A DNA stretch of 64,000 nt from Camelus dromedarius (lineage: Eukaryota). The notes under the pieces are model-generated. The model did no database searches, was not told the DNA's origin, and saw only the letters and a program-made list of their open reading frames with translations. The stretch spans positions 44,580,001 to 44,644,000 of the forward strand of contig NC_087437.1 in assembly GCF_036321535.1 (NCBI RefSeq), in the 5' to 3' direction. The position numbers and the translations under genes are program-made. Shown piece by piece: positions 23,951-37,643 of the stretch (positions are counted from its first letter, which is position 1; each line of letters starts with the position of its first letter).

Positions 23951-26159
23951 GTAATGCCCTAGCAGCTAATTCAGCATTAAAAGAGATAAATCTCTAAAGA
24001 GAAAGTATTCCAGCCTATCAGTTAGTATGTTCCAGACACCAAGCATGTTATAAGCAAAATTAATTTCAATTTGAAAGAGAAAAGGGCTGATTTTTCGTAT
24101 TTTTAAACAAATGAAATATTATTCCCTTTATTTAAGTGAGAGGGGAATAGACTCAGTATGGGATACATACTTGAAAGGATACATATGTGAATTTGCCAAG
24201 AGAAAAAAAATCTGATTAATCTGCTTTATTCCCAGAATATTCTTGAACTATATTTCATAGTGGATAATTTGATCTGTTTCTCCTAAGTCACATGAGTGAT
24301 TTTCAAGGTATTACTATCAATTTTTCTGAGTTAACGAGCCTGGAACCCAGGGTTCTATGGCCTTGAGATCTCTTTTGTGCTGCAGAAACTCCTGTGCAGA
24401 GCTCACAGGAGAAGTACACACATCCGGCTTCCTCTGTGACCAAGGCTATATTCACCTGTGTCCTCTTTTGAGGTTGCTTCTTAATCTCTACTTTAAAGTA
24501 AAAGATAAATGGGAATAAAATTAGCTAGAGATGATCTGAGCAATAGAAAGAGATAAATCAACAAAAAGATGCAACTACATTGAAAGCATGGAGTTGGACG
24601 AAGAGAATTACAAGAAAGGATTAAGGGAGGTTTGTCATCTAAATTAATTGTAACCAAAACCATACAACAAACCCAGGGTATAAAGCCTGTGGTTCAATTC
24701 ATAAAATAGTTTTAAAGAAAGCGTTGCAGGGTATATGTTACTCAATCAACCATATGGTCTGGGTCAGCTAATAAAGCTAGTCTCTCCTGTTGCACCCATG
24801 GTTGATGTCATTAATCAGTCCAGCCTTATTTCTCACTGTCTTCACAAAGCCTTAGACTGTTTCTCAACAAAGTTCTCCAAGTAGCCATTATCCATCAGGC
24901 AGTTGGCATTTGAATGGAAAATTACTGCCATCTCAGTGCTTGATTCATCTGCTAGAGGCAGGTGCGATATTATAGCTCAGAGTTAAGACAAGCCAGTCAG
25001 CTTGTATGCAGCAAATTGATCCTTTTCCTCAAGTTGGAAAAAGCACAGCTTCCTGGCATGGCCCCTTTCTCAGCGCTTGAGTATCGCATAAGGCAGAACT
25101 TCTCAGCTGGGATACCAAGATGCATCAGTAGGTCAAAATATACATAGGAGTTATTGATATCCCAGCACTCAGGGGTCACTTGGAGCCTAAGACAGATGCC
25201 AGAAATCCTCAGTGGTCACCTCTGGCCAGAAGCAGCCACATCCACTTACTCCAGTGTGTGAATATTAAATATCTGTACATACTATGGAAAAGATGAAGCA
25301 TTTTATTTTAAATTGTGGACCAACTAATCCTACCCTAGTCGGAGACGTTTAGTGCCTGGGTGCTTCCTTCTTAAAAATCTGGTCTCAAATGTTAGATTTA
25401 TTTTTTGAAGTCCTAACGGTAAAGAGATTGATTTGCATAGAAGATTTATATTTTAAAATGTATATACGTATGTACACGTGCATATATATGAATCCATGTA
25501 TCTCATTTTATATATATCTCATTCTGAGATTCAACTGGTTCTGTTTGAACTTAGATTACACTATTATATGTTGCACTTTCTTAGGGCGTAGTATTTCTTG
25601 ATACAGCGCCTGGCAGTGTAGGCATAAAGGCCCAGTAGAAAATCATGAGTATTTAAGGAGCATCATTTGATAATCTGGTTTATTTTGTGGCAGGAGATGA
25701 TCTTATCATGGAGTGACTTCTCTTTCCCATTCAAACCTACCTAATTTATATCCTTTACTTTCTGGTCCCTTATAATCATGGTGCTAGTTTCAGTGTAGTT
25801 AATATGTTGATGACAAATATATGGCATCTTCTTAATATATGTAAAGTTTTCAGGTAGAATTAATCTTTAACTTATAAGTGTGTGTGTGTGATATGAGGCA
25901 CTAAATGGAAACCAGTCAGGAAATATAAAACTAAGTGTAATTTACATGTTAGATACAAACAAAACTACAAGGCCAATAAAAAGCAAATTGACAAAATTAA
26001 TGTGACAGATGATTACTTTTGAAGAAAGTAAATCACGCATACATCATAAAGATGAACTGATTGCTTAGAGCAGTTCTTTGAGCCATGCAGACCTGTATTT
26101 CTTCCTGCCTCTTGTCTGTGTCTTCAGTTCTTTTTGAGAAACTGCTTTTGGAGGGATCA

Positions 26160-27030
26160 TTGTAAATGATCTGTTTTCAGTCTTTGAATGGCTTCCCACT
26201 GCTTACTAAAGTGACTCAAACTTCTCAAGTTAGTATACAAGGTCCTTTTCATTTCAGTCCTCCTTACGTCTGGCCTCATCTGTATGATAATAGTCCATAA
26301 TTATATATAGACAAGTCTGTATAATTTGTTCCAGCCATAGTATGTGTAGTTCTCAAGAGTGGCATCCTGTTGCTCTCCTCAGTGCCTTTCCAACATGCTG
26401 TTCCCACCATCACTTGAGTTTATGTCAGCCAAAGGTCACTTCTTTAGGATTGGCTTTGAGCATCTTCTTTTTTTTTTCTTTTTCAATTAAGTATAGTCAG
26501 TTAGAATGTGCCAATTTCTGGTGTACAGCTTAATTGAGCATCTTCTTAGAAGTGCTTCATCACATGTTGCTCCCGCCTCCTCCTTCAGCTCTGAATAAAT
26601 TGACTCTCCAGAACCCTGTGTTCCTCTTTGAGTGAAAGGCTTTTTAGCTCCCACATAAATTGCAGATGAAAATTGACATCTATAGTACAAGAACATGGGG
26701 GTGGGTAGGAACAAAGGAGTGGTGTTTAATATCATCGCCAATCACCTCAACTCAGGTGGCCCCAGCTGTCACCCCTACTACATCTACTAGCTGAATGTTT
26801 TACTCTTGTAATTTATAAAGGGAAGAAAATAAACATTTATTTAAAAGTTAAAAAAAATAAAAAATAAAAAACAGCACCACTCTGTGCTGTAAATAGTTGA
26901 TTTACTGTCTTTGTCTCTGAGTTCTCTGACAGGTGGCAATGCCATAGTTCTATCTCTAGTACCTAGCAAAAAGCCTGATAATTGTAAATCCTTTATAAAC
27001 AGTTTTGAATTGAACAAATGAATGAGCTCA
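26160..27030 (+). mobile_element. Fragmented L2 LINE (interrupted by a short L1)
   Basis: AATGGCTTCCCACTGCTTA...TACAAGGTCCTT, and a 3' end CTAGTACCTAGCA...TTGAATTGAACAAATGAATGA. Confidence 0.5.
26470..26533 (-). mobile_element. Severely 5'-truncated young L1 with 14-bp TSD
   Basis: Poly-T plus AAGTATAGTCAGTTAGAATGTGCCAATTTCTGGTGTACAGC, flanked by TTGAGCATCTTCTT at 26456-26469 and 26534-26547. Confidence 0.85.
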
Positions 27031-30000
27031 CACTCACAGAAACTTACCACATGCTCTGTTTTCTGGCTTAAGCTTTAATTTTAGTTTTGTTATGGCTCAT
27101 GAACGTGTGTGTGTCCTCCTGGCACTGAATGGGAAAGTAGGATAAAAGAAAGCTTTGTGTAAGTGAGTTACTTCCCTCAGGTGGTTTTTGTGAGATTTTC
27201 TTTGCCTATTTTTTTTTGTTTGTTTGTTTCCACTCATTCTTCTGTGTCTACTCTGTGACTCTGTCCATCCTGTCTGACCTGTGCTAGACCTTTTACCATC
27301 TCAGAGTCTTTCTTTTGAAGCTGTGCAGTAGAAAAGAATTGTCCCTTGGAGTCAAATGAACTATTTGTTTATGTAAAAGTCCAGGAGATGCTTTTATTTG
27401 GTTGCCACAAAATGTTCGGTGAGGCCAGTGTGTGGGTATCCATTTAATCCTTTGAGTGGGTGCAAGGTAAGTATGCCAACAAACAGACAAATAAAGAAAA
27501 CAACATTAAAACTTTTGGTACTGAAATAGATAACTCATCGGTAAATGAATATTTTATTGATGACCAAATGTACTTTTTTCCTTATTTCCCATTTGTCTTT
27601 ACTAGGCAGTAGTCTTCCCTAAAATTCCAGAGAGTCACCAGTATTGTTAAAAGAAGGAAGATAGATAGTTTTTGAGTATTTTTTGACAAAAATAAAGTAA
27701 GAAATGTCTACTCAGTTCACTAATGATGAGAGAGATGTAGCTTTTCATTTTACTTTTAATGGAATTTGGTGAAGGAGAGTAATTTTTAAAGAAGTTATCA
27801 GACATCATTGACATAATTAAGAAAAATAGTCTGCCACAAAGATTTAATGATGCGGAATTCCCAAACTCATCCAAAATTAGAGCTGAACCAGACTTGGAAG
27901 CTATCCTGTAAGTTCATTCATTTCTAAAGTTCACATGTTTGTTTATGCAACAAGTATTTCTAAAGTGTCAAACATGTCAAACATGGGTCCAGAATTCTTT
28001 CAGGTCTTGGGAATAGCAGTGACAAAAGAAGAGCCTACTGTCTACCAAGTGCCAACATCCTTGGCCTTGTTGGTAATACTTCTGTATCACCATGAATTTA
28101 GTCATAAACTCAAATCATTTTGAGGAGTAGACAGTATAAATTAAAATACCTCAATTTGGTTTCTGGGACCCAGTCTGAAGTCTGTAAAACCACAGTTCCT
28201 CACACAGTTACCTGTGAACCATCTCTGGCAATACCTGAACGCAATGCAGTCAAAATGGAAAGAACTGGCTTTGGAGCAAGCATGCTGGGTTCTGGTCCTC
28301 ACCAGCTCTGCCAGAAACTGGTTATGGGATTCTGGACAGTGGTTGGGCCTCCCAGCTCTTCAGTGAACAAAATTAGGTTTTCTTTAAATGCACTTCCTGT
28401 CTTTGACCCTGCTTACGTACTCTAATAATTTGCTAATGAAGAATGCCCCTCAATCAGTAAATAACCATCACCTCCTCTGTATTCCCAAACATGGAGTGCT
28501 TATAACTTACCAGGGAAGATCATTTGAAAAAGCCGCATGAGTCTAGGTCTTCCTGTAAACAAGAGCAAAGCCAGAGCAAGTGATGTAGTGGTCAGAGAGT
28601 GTATATGTTGACGGGCAGTCTACCACATCTGCTGGTGGCTGGACATGTAAGGCAGAACTAGATTTAAGTTCTTATCAAACGTCATGAAGCCTTCAAAATA
28701 GAAATAAAAGATGATGAGTTAGAGAAATGTACAATGCAAAATCCTTTATCCCTGCTTCTGTAAAATGCTGAGAAAATCTAAGGCTATACTTCTAACTGGA
28801 ATTTCGTTCCAAGCTACATCGGAACCAAGTAGAGGATGGCCTCATATCTCAGGGACCATCCGCACTTGACTGCTATCCATGCCGAAGGATAAATTACTCT
28901 GACAAGACACATTTCTGGGAACATCATATTTACTGAGAATAGCAATTAATCACCTAAATTTATATTTGAATGAAATGTGTTTCCAGGAAAACATTTTAAT
29001 TTTATTGTGCCTTTTATAATTTCACTAGGCAAATTAGATGACTTGAAATAGAAAATGGATTTTCAAAAAAGTTATTACTGGAGATGGCAATCTACACAGT
29101 CACCTGAATCCAGCTTTATCCTGTGAGGCTTAACTTTACTGCAGCTCACACAGCTGCAGCTACACACGTTTTGCTTCATTTTAACCTTGTACAACATGTC
29201 TGCCCTCGCAGTATAAAGTAGTATTCTTCAGGATTTAAAATGCAACTTTAAGCACCTTTTTAAAGATAAAATTAACTTGGAGATTTCTCTGTTGTGCGAT
29301 CATTTCCTGTGCTTTGATTTGTAATTTTATTTCTATGACAAGTTATTGTTACATGACTTATTCACCATTTAATGTAAAAAAAATTAAGTGATTTTGTTCA
29401 AGGAAATACATTTTAAATTGAAAACAGGAGGTGCCATGTATACTGTATGGAACTTCTTTTTATTAGGACATGCAACAGTAGTCTAGCACTCCTGATCACG
29501 AGTAAGTATGCCAAAGCTTTACGTTACTGAGACGATTTTCAGTTTTACATAACAGAACATTTTTGCAAAGATGAGACTTTGCCATAAATTATTAATGTTA
29601 TTTACAACCTCTGTGGACTTCATGATAATTTCTTATGCATAATTAAATGTGTTAATATTTTCTTTCTAATTTATTTTGCATACATTAAAATTTATTCATC
29701 CTACTGCCTTAGTAATTTCTTTACACATATTTTGTTGAACAAATAGCAACTAACAATGATAAGAGTCTTTGTTAAGCACCTTCTGTATACTTGAGCTCTC
29801 AGGCATTTTTACTAAATCATTTGTGAAGCGTTGTCTCACGTAATCTGCCAATACCCCTATAAAGTAAGTTACTATACTATAATTATCCTTATTTTAATAT
29901 TTTGTTAGTGATTTTAAGCATGAATATTATGAGGAACATTATCTTACAGTTTATTCTTGGTACTAGAGGTTATTTACACATTTCTTTGTTTATTTGCATG

Positions 30001-31762
30001 CATTTATGAAGTGAATACCTGCCAAAGACCAGATTCGATAGAATCTTCCTATATTCTCATCTACCATGCTTATGTACTCTCATCCCAAGAAAAGCATTCT
30101 GTTTTATATATGTACTTCTATAATATAAACGTCAGAATGTACTGTTTCTATGATTTTTCTTATATTTCCTATATATTTACTGAGTTAAAAATGTATTTCC
30201 ATAATGTAATATGATTTCCCCTTCCTTTTCATCCATGCGTCTTCTAGGAATTGTGTTCTCCAAATAAATTTAGAGGAAGAGCTACTTGGTAAGGAGGAAG
30301 GAAGTGAGAAAACCACCTTACTTGCTTTAGAGAAATGCAATTGAGTGATGGTTTCTGGATAAGATAGATTTTATTTCTAAAGCTGAATACATAAAATTGG
30401 CAATTGGGTTTATTTTCTGTCAGTAAACCACAGTAAGCCTCCAACTGATTTTATGATTAATCTCCATTGGTCTCGTCTTTCCAGCCTAGGTTGTCTATCA
30501 GTATTAGTCTCTAGCATTGTAATGGGGAACTAAAAAGGGTGTGTTAGAAACTTCCTATCCTAAGATGCTGTTTTTAACAGTCGCCTGTCAAGAATTTTAA
30601 TTTACTTGCTAGTGATTTGATGGTTGAACATTATTTAATAATATGTAATATATGACTTCTTTTCTCAACTTTGTGCAGTCAGCCGTGAAACCTCCAAAGT
30701 ATAAAAACTAACATAATAGTTTAAATCTCAAAACAGGAATAGCATTCTAACTGCTATGGGATGACCATTTTGAGAAACTTTCTTTGAAATAGTAAAGGAT
30801 CTAGGTAATACTTGGCACTTACTCTGATAGATTGTAAAAGATTAAAGAAACTGAGACTGTACAGAATCTTCCAGAATCATAGTGACTGTCTTATGGTAAA
30901 TGAATTGAACTGCTTTATTTATTTGAATATAAAAAATAGCATCACCATAATGGCCTTGTGTTGCCTTCATTAAATTCTAAAATGTGCTTCTACTCTTTTT
31001 TTTTTTTTTTTCTTTTTTTGCTTTGAGGAAATAATTACCAATAGAAACTTTATGTTGGGCAGCAAAAACTAATCATATAGAATAGTCAAATAAATTAAAA
31101 TTTAAAATTGGGAAAATTTAATGGATTGTTGAGTTTTCATAGAAGTGTTGTTGATTTATTCATAAACTATAACAAGGTTCATTTGTTTTCTGATTTTGTT
31201 GATAGATATTTACAGCATACCCATGTATCTTCAGCAATCAAAACTTAGTTTTCCATCTTGTTTACATTAAATTTCTTACTTTAAAATGTATATATTAATG
31301 TTCTATTTTCTTAAATAATTTAGTTACACATGAAATACTTTTTTCCACGTGAATTCTAAGTTCTCTTCTATGTATTCTGGATACCAACCTTAGATATTTA
31401 ATTAAAAATACAAAATTTTATAAATCCCAAAGCTGTTTAGTTGAATTAATGAAATTTCCAAAAGCCACTAGGGATTTTATTTTCTACTCTGTTTAAAAAA
31501 AAAGAGAAGAAAGGAAGGGAGGAAAGAAAAAATGTGAATTGAACTGTATACCTATCTACTTCTTGCAAAAATTATATAAAATTCATTAATTTATAAGCAT
31601 CTTCTACTTTTACTTCTAAAAATATTTGCAACCATTACTTTGAATAACTTGCCTCAATAAATTCTTAGGTTGATGAATCTCACTAAGATTTTTGACTCAT
31701 TTTGCATGTGAAAAATTCACTATGTTAAATTTAAATTCAAGTGGAATTTATTATAAATAACT

Positions 31763-31821
31763 TGGAATGTATAAAGTAAATATAAAGTAAATGTATAAAG
31801 TAATGGAATGTATAAAGTAAA
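31763..31821. repeat. Short tandem repeat, four copies of TATAAAGTAA with variable spacers
   Basis: Read directly from the sequence. Confidence 0.8.
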
Positions 31822-32659
31822 ACTATCACAAAGCAAGGCATAATTTAGCTTTATTTAATCAAGAAAAAAGTTTTACCTTTATTTCACCCTCCCTGTCCCA
31901 AGAAACTACCAACTTGTTTCAGATGACTTATGAATTTATTAATTTATTTAGTTCAGCATTTTTCATTTATTAAAGTAAAAATGCATGAAGTATTGAATAT
32001 GCTTTAACCAGTATACTTGGGAGCAAGTGTTTTTCTTGTTTTTAGTCATATTTTATTAATATGTAAACTTGTAGAAGAAAGACTAGAACATAAGCAGATT
32101 ATATATTTGTTAACGTATCCTTTTGGGGAAAATGAAAAATACAAGAGTAAAACCATAAACTGCAGAGTTTTAAAAATAAAAAACTTACTTTTCAAAGGGA
32201 CGATTCAGGAGATACTACTGAAATGTGAAGGGCCAGATATTATTTAAAAGTAGGAAAACAACCAGTTAAAGAACCCGTTAAAGTGGAAGCTTTGAGATGA
32301 GATGGGAATGGGTAGTATAAATAGTGCTGTGAAGGTAATTACTAGAAACGTTGAAAGGAGGCACACTTAAAGTGCCTGTGGGAAGTGAGTTTGGGGTACA
32401 AGAGAAGAGACTGGAGTCAATTACTTTTCATCATAAACTCAACTGTTCTTTTCATTTGCTTCTAAGTACATATACTATTTTGATAAGGACATTTGTTTAA
32501 ATTGGGTATCTTTGGAAATTATCTCTTGTTAGATTTAAAACATCCCAGATAGCTGAGTTGTAAGCCATCAGAAACAAGCACAGAGAAACCCTGCGTGGAC
32601 ACCATTTGATGTGGAACCCTGTGCTACAACAGAAAGTTTAGGAAACTGCAGTCTTCTCC

Positions 32660-33760
32660 TATACTCATTTACTGCTTTATTCAGCAAATGTTTATGGGGT
32701 ACCTATTCTGTTAAAGCACTGGGAAACACTGCGGACAAAGTACATAACATCCCTGCCTCATGGAGCCCCAGGCCTGGGAGAGGAAATGAATAGTCAAATA
32801 ATTTTTACAAGTAAAGTAGAATTTAAATATATTTATATGGTATAATCAGCACTGTATAGTAGGTGAATCCAGCCTAGACTTGGATGGAGCAGGCAAAGTC
32901 AGGGGGAACTTTCCTGAGAAAGGAGCAATAGATCATCTGAAGCATGAGTAGCACTTGACTTAGAGAACTTGTCGGGTGCTTCAGATGCAGAGTGAATGGC
33001 ATAGGTTATTACCCTACGAGTAGAACAGATAAGGGAAAGTGGAATAAATTAAAGAAAACCTCTGTATCTTTTGCAAAGAGTGAGGAGAGAATGTGGTATG
33101 ATAGAACAGGGCAGAAGGTAAGTGGGACAGTTTACAGGCATGTTTGGGATTCTAGATACGTAGGTCCAATGAGAAGCTATTAAAATGCTACAAAGATCAT
33201 ATATATCTGTGTTTCAGAATGGTCACTTTGGATGCAGAGTTGAAGGTAAGTTAGTTGGGCAGAAGAACAGGTACAGTGAGGGCAGTGGGGGAGCTTGTCA
33301 ATAGCTCAGAGAAGTGATGCTGGTCTGAAGCTATAGAGGTGAAACCAAGTAGATGGAATCAACAGATACGTATCAGGAAGAGACAGCAGCATTCTGTTGA
33401 ATTGGGCATAGAAGGTGGCCTATGGTTCCTTTGCTTCTGACATGCATAAGCATATGAATTGGAAGGGCATTGCACTAAGAAGGGACTGTAGGAAGAGGAG
33501 CAGCTTAGAGTCACACTCTTATTTCATTTGGTGTGGACGTATAGTGTGATACTTGCAAATATTCAGAAAAAGAGAAGAAATTGTATGTTGGGTATGCCAG
33601 TCTGGAATTCAGAGGAGAGTGTGGACTGCGGGGAAAGTTTTGAGTCAACTTCATCTATGCTCAAATTAAAGGACTGGTTATAGATGAGACATTTTAGGGG
33701 AAAATGAAAGTGAATTTTAACATGAGTTTAAGACAGGGATTTGGGGGCTTTCCAGCAAGT
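32660..33760 (-). mobile_element. L2 LINE fragment
   Basis: TTCAGCAAATGTTTATGGGGTACCTATTCTG...CCCTGCCTCATGGAGC...GTCTGGAATTCAGAGGAGAG is the antisense L2 3' region. Confidence 0.7.
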
Positions 33761-34843
33761 GATAAAAGTGTGTAAGGGGAAAAGCTGAAGAAGCAAACCA
33801 GAAGTGCTCATGATCAGAGAATGATGAATGGGAAACGGTTTCATTTGATGGCCAGTCAAGGGGGGCAGGTGGAATGTGACTCTGTCTGAGAAGCAGTCAC
33901 AAGCTAAGATGTCCAAAAATTAGGTGAAAATATGGTTAATTTTTTTTGTTAATGAGTTATTTTTAAAACAACTATATAACGTCACTGACTAGTTGGTCAA
34001 CGATTTGCCAACAGTAAGAGAGCAGCTGTCAGACCCACTAGAAGATTAACTTGCAGGGTTTATGGAAGACTGGGGGCAAGAAACCAGAGCTTGATCTGAA
34101 AATTCCAAGTGCAGGAAAGATCAGAGTCAAATAATGAGTTAACATAGCCAGATTCTAAAAGACTAGATGAATCCTACAAACAGTGGTTTATGATAGCAAG
34201 CTTCTTCTAAACGCCCAGGGCTCTGCTCAAAATCCTGATACTGATAAAAGTCATTTGACTGTAAAATTTAAGACATTTTCCTTATATTTAAATCATATTC
34301 AACTTGTAGTTTCAGCCGATGTCTAAACAACTAGTAGAACACCCTTTACAAGTTCTTAGTTTTTCTTTTCCCTTTTCATGCAGAAGGTGACACAAAAGAG
34401 ATTGTGTGTGGGGGGGGAGTGGTGTGTAGTTCGTATTTTATTGTGTTGGAATTTACATTACTCACAATAAGCAAAATGTTCAGTGGGTAAATGGATGTTG
34501 GGCATTTATTTAAATTGGGCTTTATTATAAGGAAGGTGCTGTTTATATGTCACATGATCAAAGAGGAAAAGATAAATCTTACTATTTGGACAGCTATTCA
34601 TTAAAAAAGAATTCAGCCAGACAGAGTGGTAGTTTTGCTTGCTGTCTTGAGGTTGGGGGTAATCTCTTAGATATTAATTGTTCTTCCCAAGAAATGAACT
34701 ATTTTGAAATAACTCAGTGGTTGGCATTATCCTTATCCAACATGCAGATATGAAGGGACCCCCAGATGGTGTGAGTATTCCCGTTAATGAGTCAGTTCTT
34801 TCACTGCATAAGGCTTAAATGAATGCTTATCTCAAAAACAGCA

Positions 34844-35328
34844 ATAGCGGCTGAAATCAAATTGCACAACATAAAAGTTGTAAGTTAAGTTTTATTTGGG
34901 CCAAAATGAGGACTATAGCTCAGGAATCAGCCTCTCAGATAGCTCTGAGGAACTGCTCTGAAGAGGCAGGAGGGACGTCAGTATTGTGTATGATGCTAGT
35001 GAAGGGGGAGTGGTGCATGCGGTCAAGTACACATGTAGGCAGAGGCGCAGATGTCACCATTAATGACTTTAGTGCCTTATGAGACGCGAGAATTTAGGCT
35101 CATAAAATCTTCTCTTGAAAATATCTAACTATCTGGAGGTCTGCCCTGCCAGTTTTCCCAGAGTACAGAGCGCCTCACTCCTGATCTCCACCCTGACCTC
35201 CTTTCAGGGAGTGCTGGAGGTCAGGGCTGCAGCGCCTCGTGATTCAATCAGAGCAGAGGTAGGTGGCAAGTGCCAACGTGATTCAGTCCTTGTAGAGGCA
35301 GATGGCAAGGGCCCATTTTCAGTTGGCA
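34844..35328 (-). mobile_element. ERV1-class solo LTR
   Basis: Similar to the 49362 LTR (CACAACATAAAAGTTG...TTTTATT...GAGGACT...CAGCCTCTCAGATAGCTCTGAGGAACTGCTC). Ends AGTTGGCA. Left end approximate. Confidence 0.75.
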
Positions 35329-37623
35329 GAAGAAAAGGCCCAAATTAATTCTTGAAAAACATATGCATTCTTCATTTTTCTTCTGTCAAAAAGTTTTTAA
35401 ACTAGCTACTCTTGAAAATCTCCATCTGATTGTTTCAAGTAGTAGGGGATTTTGAGTCACTGCTTAATTCCTGGTATATCTAATAATTAAACAATTTATT
35501 TTCAATTAAAACCCCCAAACATGTGGTGTATGTTAATTTCGAGGCTGTGATCACTAACTGAAATGAAACTTGTCATTTAGAAAATTACCTCGTTGTGAAG
35601 GTAGCCTCCGATTATGCTACCAGGCAGGCTATCCCAGAGGTTATAAAATAGAGAGCCTTACAAACCAAGTTAAATTGCTCGATCATGTGGTATATTAAAT
35701 CCATTTAGAACACAGTAGGGAGAAGCGAGGGGAGAAAGATGGGATAGGTTAACATACTTAGGATAATGTGCAAGCACGTTGGAAAGACCACAATACCTGA
35801 ATTCTGAGGTACACAGTGTTCATACGTCTTGTCTCTCTGTCACATCCGCTTTCTCCAATGATTGTGTAGTTAGGAGGTCCAGAGTTGTGGTTTTGAGCAA
35901 GGCAGGGATGGGGGTGGGTGTACTATACATTTATTCTATGAGAAAGACATAGGGACAAGTATGCCTGCCTAATAGTTGCAGCTTTCTAGTTAGCCTGTTG
36001 AACCAGAGGTTTTGTGTTTCTCAGGCAAAGGACACACAGAGCCAAAATCCAACAGCTAGGAGAATTAAAGACTTCATAAATATTAATTGTGCATATATTT
36101 TTAGTTTGAGTATTTAGTGTACAGCTCTCTTATATGCATTTAATGCCTCTCACATATTTGATATCTCTTGGTCCCTCCATCTCTTTCTGTTTGTATTTAA
36201 CACACATAGCCTACTTATTAGCTACTTATCTGTACATACGTACCTTGAAATATTTTGCTTTTGTTTTCCAAACAACAAACATATACATCTTTTTTTTTTA
36301 AATAAAATTGAACAGTCTAAAAAGCAAATGCTTTTCCAAAACTTAGAGCCAAACATCCTCCCCTTATTATGATACCTCAGAAAAAAAGGCTGACATTTCA
36401 GTGCAGGTTTTAGTCCAAAATACATTATTCAAAAAGTGACTTTGAAATGTGCTAAAGTAATATTCCTTTAACTCTGGTAACTATGAGTCGATAAGTGCAG
36501 ATATATCAAAAGAGCAGACATTAAAGTGGTCTTGATTTTAGTGTAGATCCAGGTTCAAAACTGGTTACAGTAAAGGATCTCTACAGAGTTACAAGATAAA
36601 AATACATGGTGAAGTTTGCAGGAAAATGCTTACAGTTCACTTGGCTAAGGAAAAAAAGTACAGGAAAAGTTTTAGAGACTGAATATTGATGAGTTTTCCT
36701 TTTGGGGCATTGAGTAGAGTAAACTTAGAATAAGTGATAAACATTACAACTGATCAAAAGGAAACACTTTTAAGTAGAAAAGTTTTCTTATGGGATTATA
36801 ACTGTTAAATCAACTTTTCCTTTTTGACTTTCTTTGACTTTCTTCTCAATATACATGTGTGAATGTAGGCCTGTGCACCCATGTTTACACACACACATAG
36901 TTTTAATAAGATAAAATGGAATAGCATCTAACATTGCTAACACAGTAAAATAGCTCAACTGCAATTTATACAGAAAACGTATTAAAAAAAACATAATGAG
37001 AAATACTAAAACAAACTAAAAAATTAAACAAAAAAACTCACCAGGCATTAACTTATGTAATTTTACCTAATCTTAAAACAGCTTTTTAAAACTACCAAAA
37101 TAGTGCAACATAATACAAAGCAGAACTAAGGGAAGAAATCTCAACACCAAATTCTGGTAAAATTGTTCTAAAATGTGTATGCTAAATTCCTGTTATTGAT
37201 AATGTGTGTAGATGTAACCCTTTTAGAAGACTAGAGGTAAGGCAATACATAGAGACATAAAGATGTTTATACCCTTAGAAAAATAATTCCAATCAGAAAT
37301 ATTTTTCAAATAAATACATCAACAAATGCAGAGAAATTTTATACATTTATTCCTTCAATGATTTTCTAAGATGGCAAATACATTGTTTAATGCTTTAGTA
37401 ATGAATTAATATGTACAGTGGAGTATTGTGATGAGAAATAAAATAGAAAATGGTGCAGATGCATTTTTAAGTGTGTATATATATAGGCTTTTCCTCAAAT
37501 TACTAGTTTTCACAATTAGATATAGCAAAATTAGTTAATTTTGAGACATCATTTGCATTTGAAAACAACATTTTGTAGTAATTAAATCAGCAGTTTGTTA
37601 CTGGAAATAATATTTTTGTTTAG

Positions 37624-37643
37624 CTTTGGACTTCATCATGACG
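37624..37643 (+). other. Candidate 20-nt spliced microexon (host gene unidentified)
   Basis: TATTTTTGTTTAG|CTTTGGACTTCATCATGACG|GTAAGT: consensus donor, acceptable acceptor, retained CpG. Motif-only support. Confidence 0.3.

Noticed and set aside
27048..27124. Minus-strand exon with good splice sites
   Set aside because: Stops in all three frames. A typical pseudo-exon.
27321..27472. Plus-strand coding exon ending at AAG|GTAAGT (27466)
   Set aside because: Stops occur in the frames from the better acceptors, and the peptide is not recognisable.
31763..31821. CRISPR-like repeat-spacer array
   Set aside because: Spacers are 0-8 nt, AT-rich and repeat-derived, and the context is eukaryotic. 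It is a simple tandem repeat.
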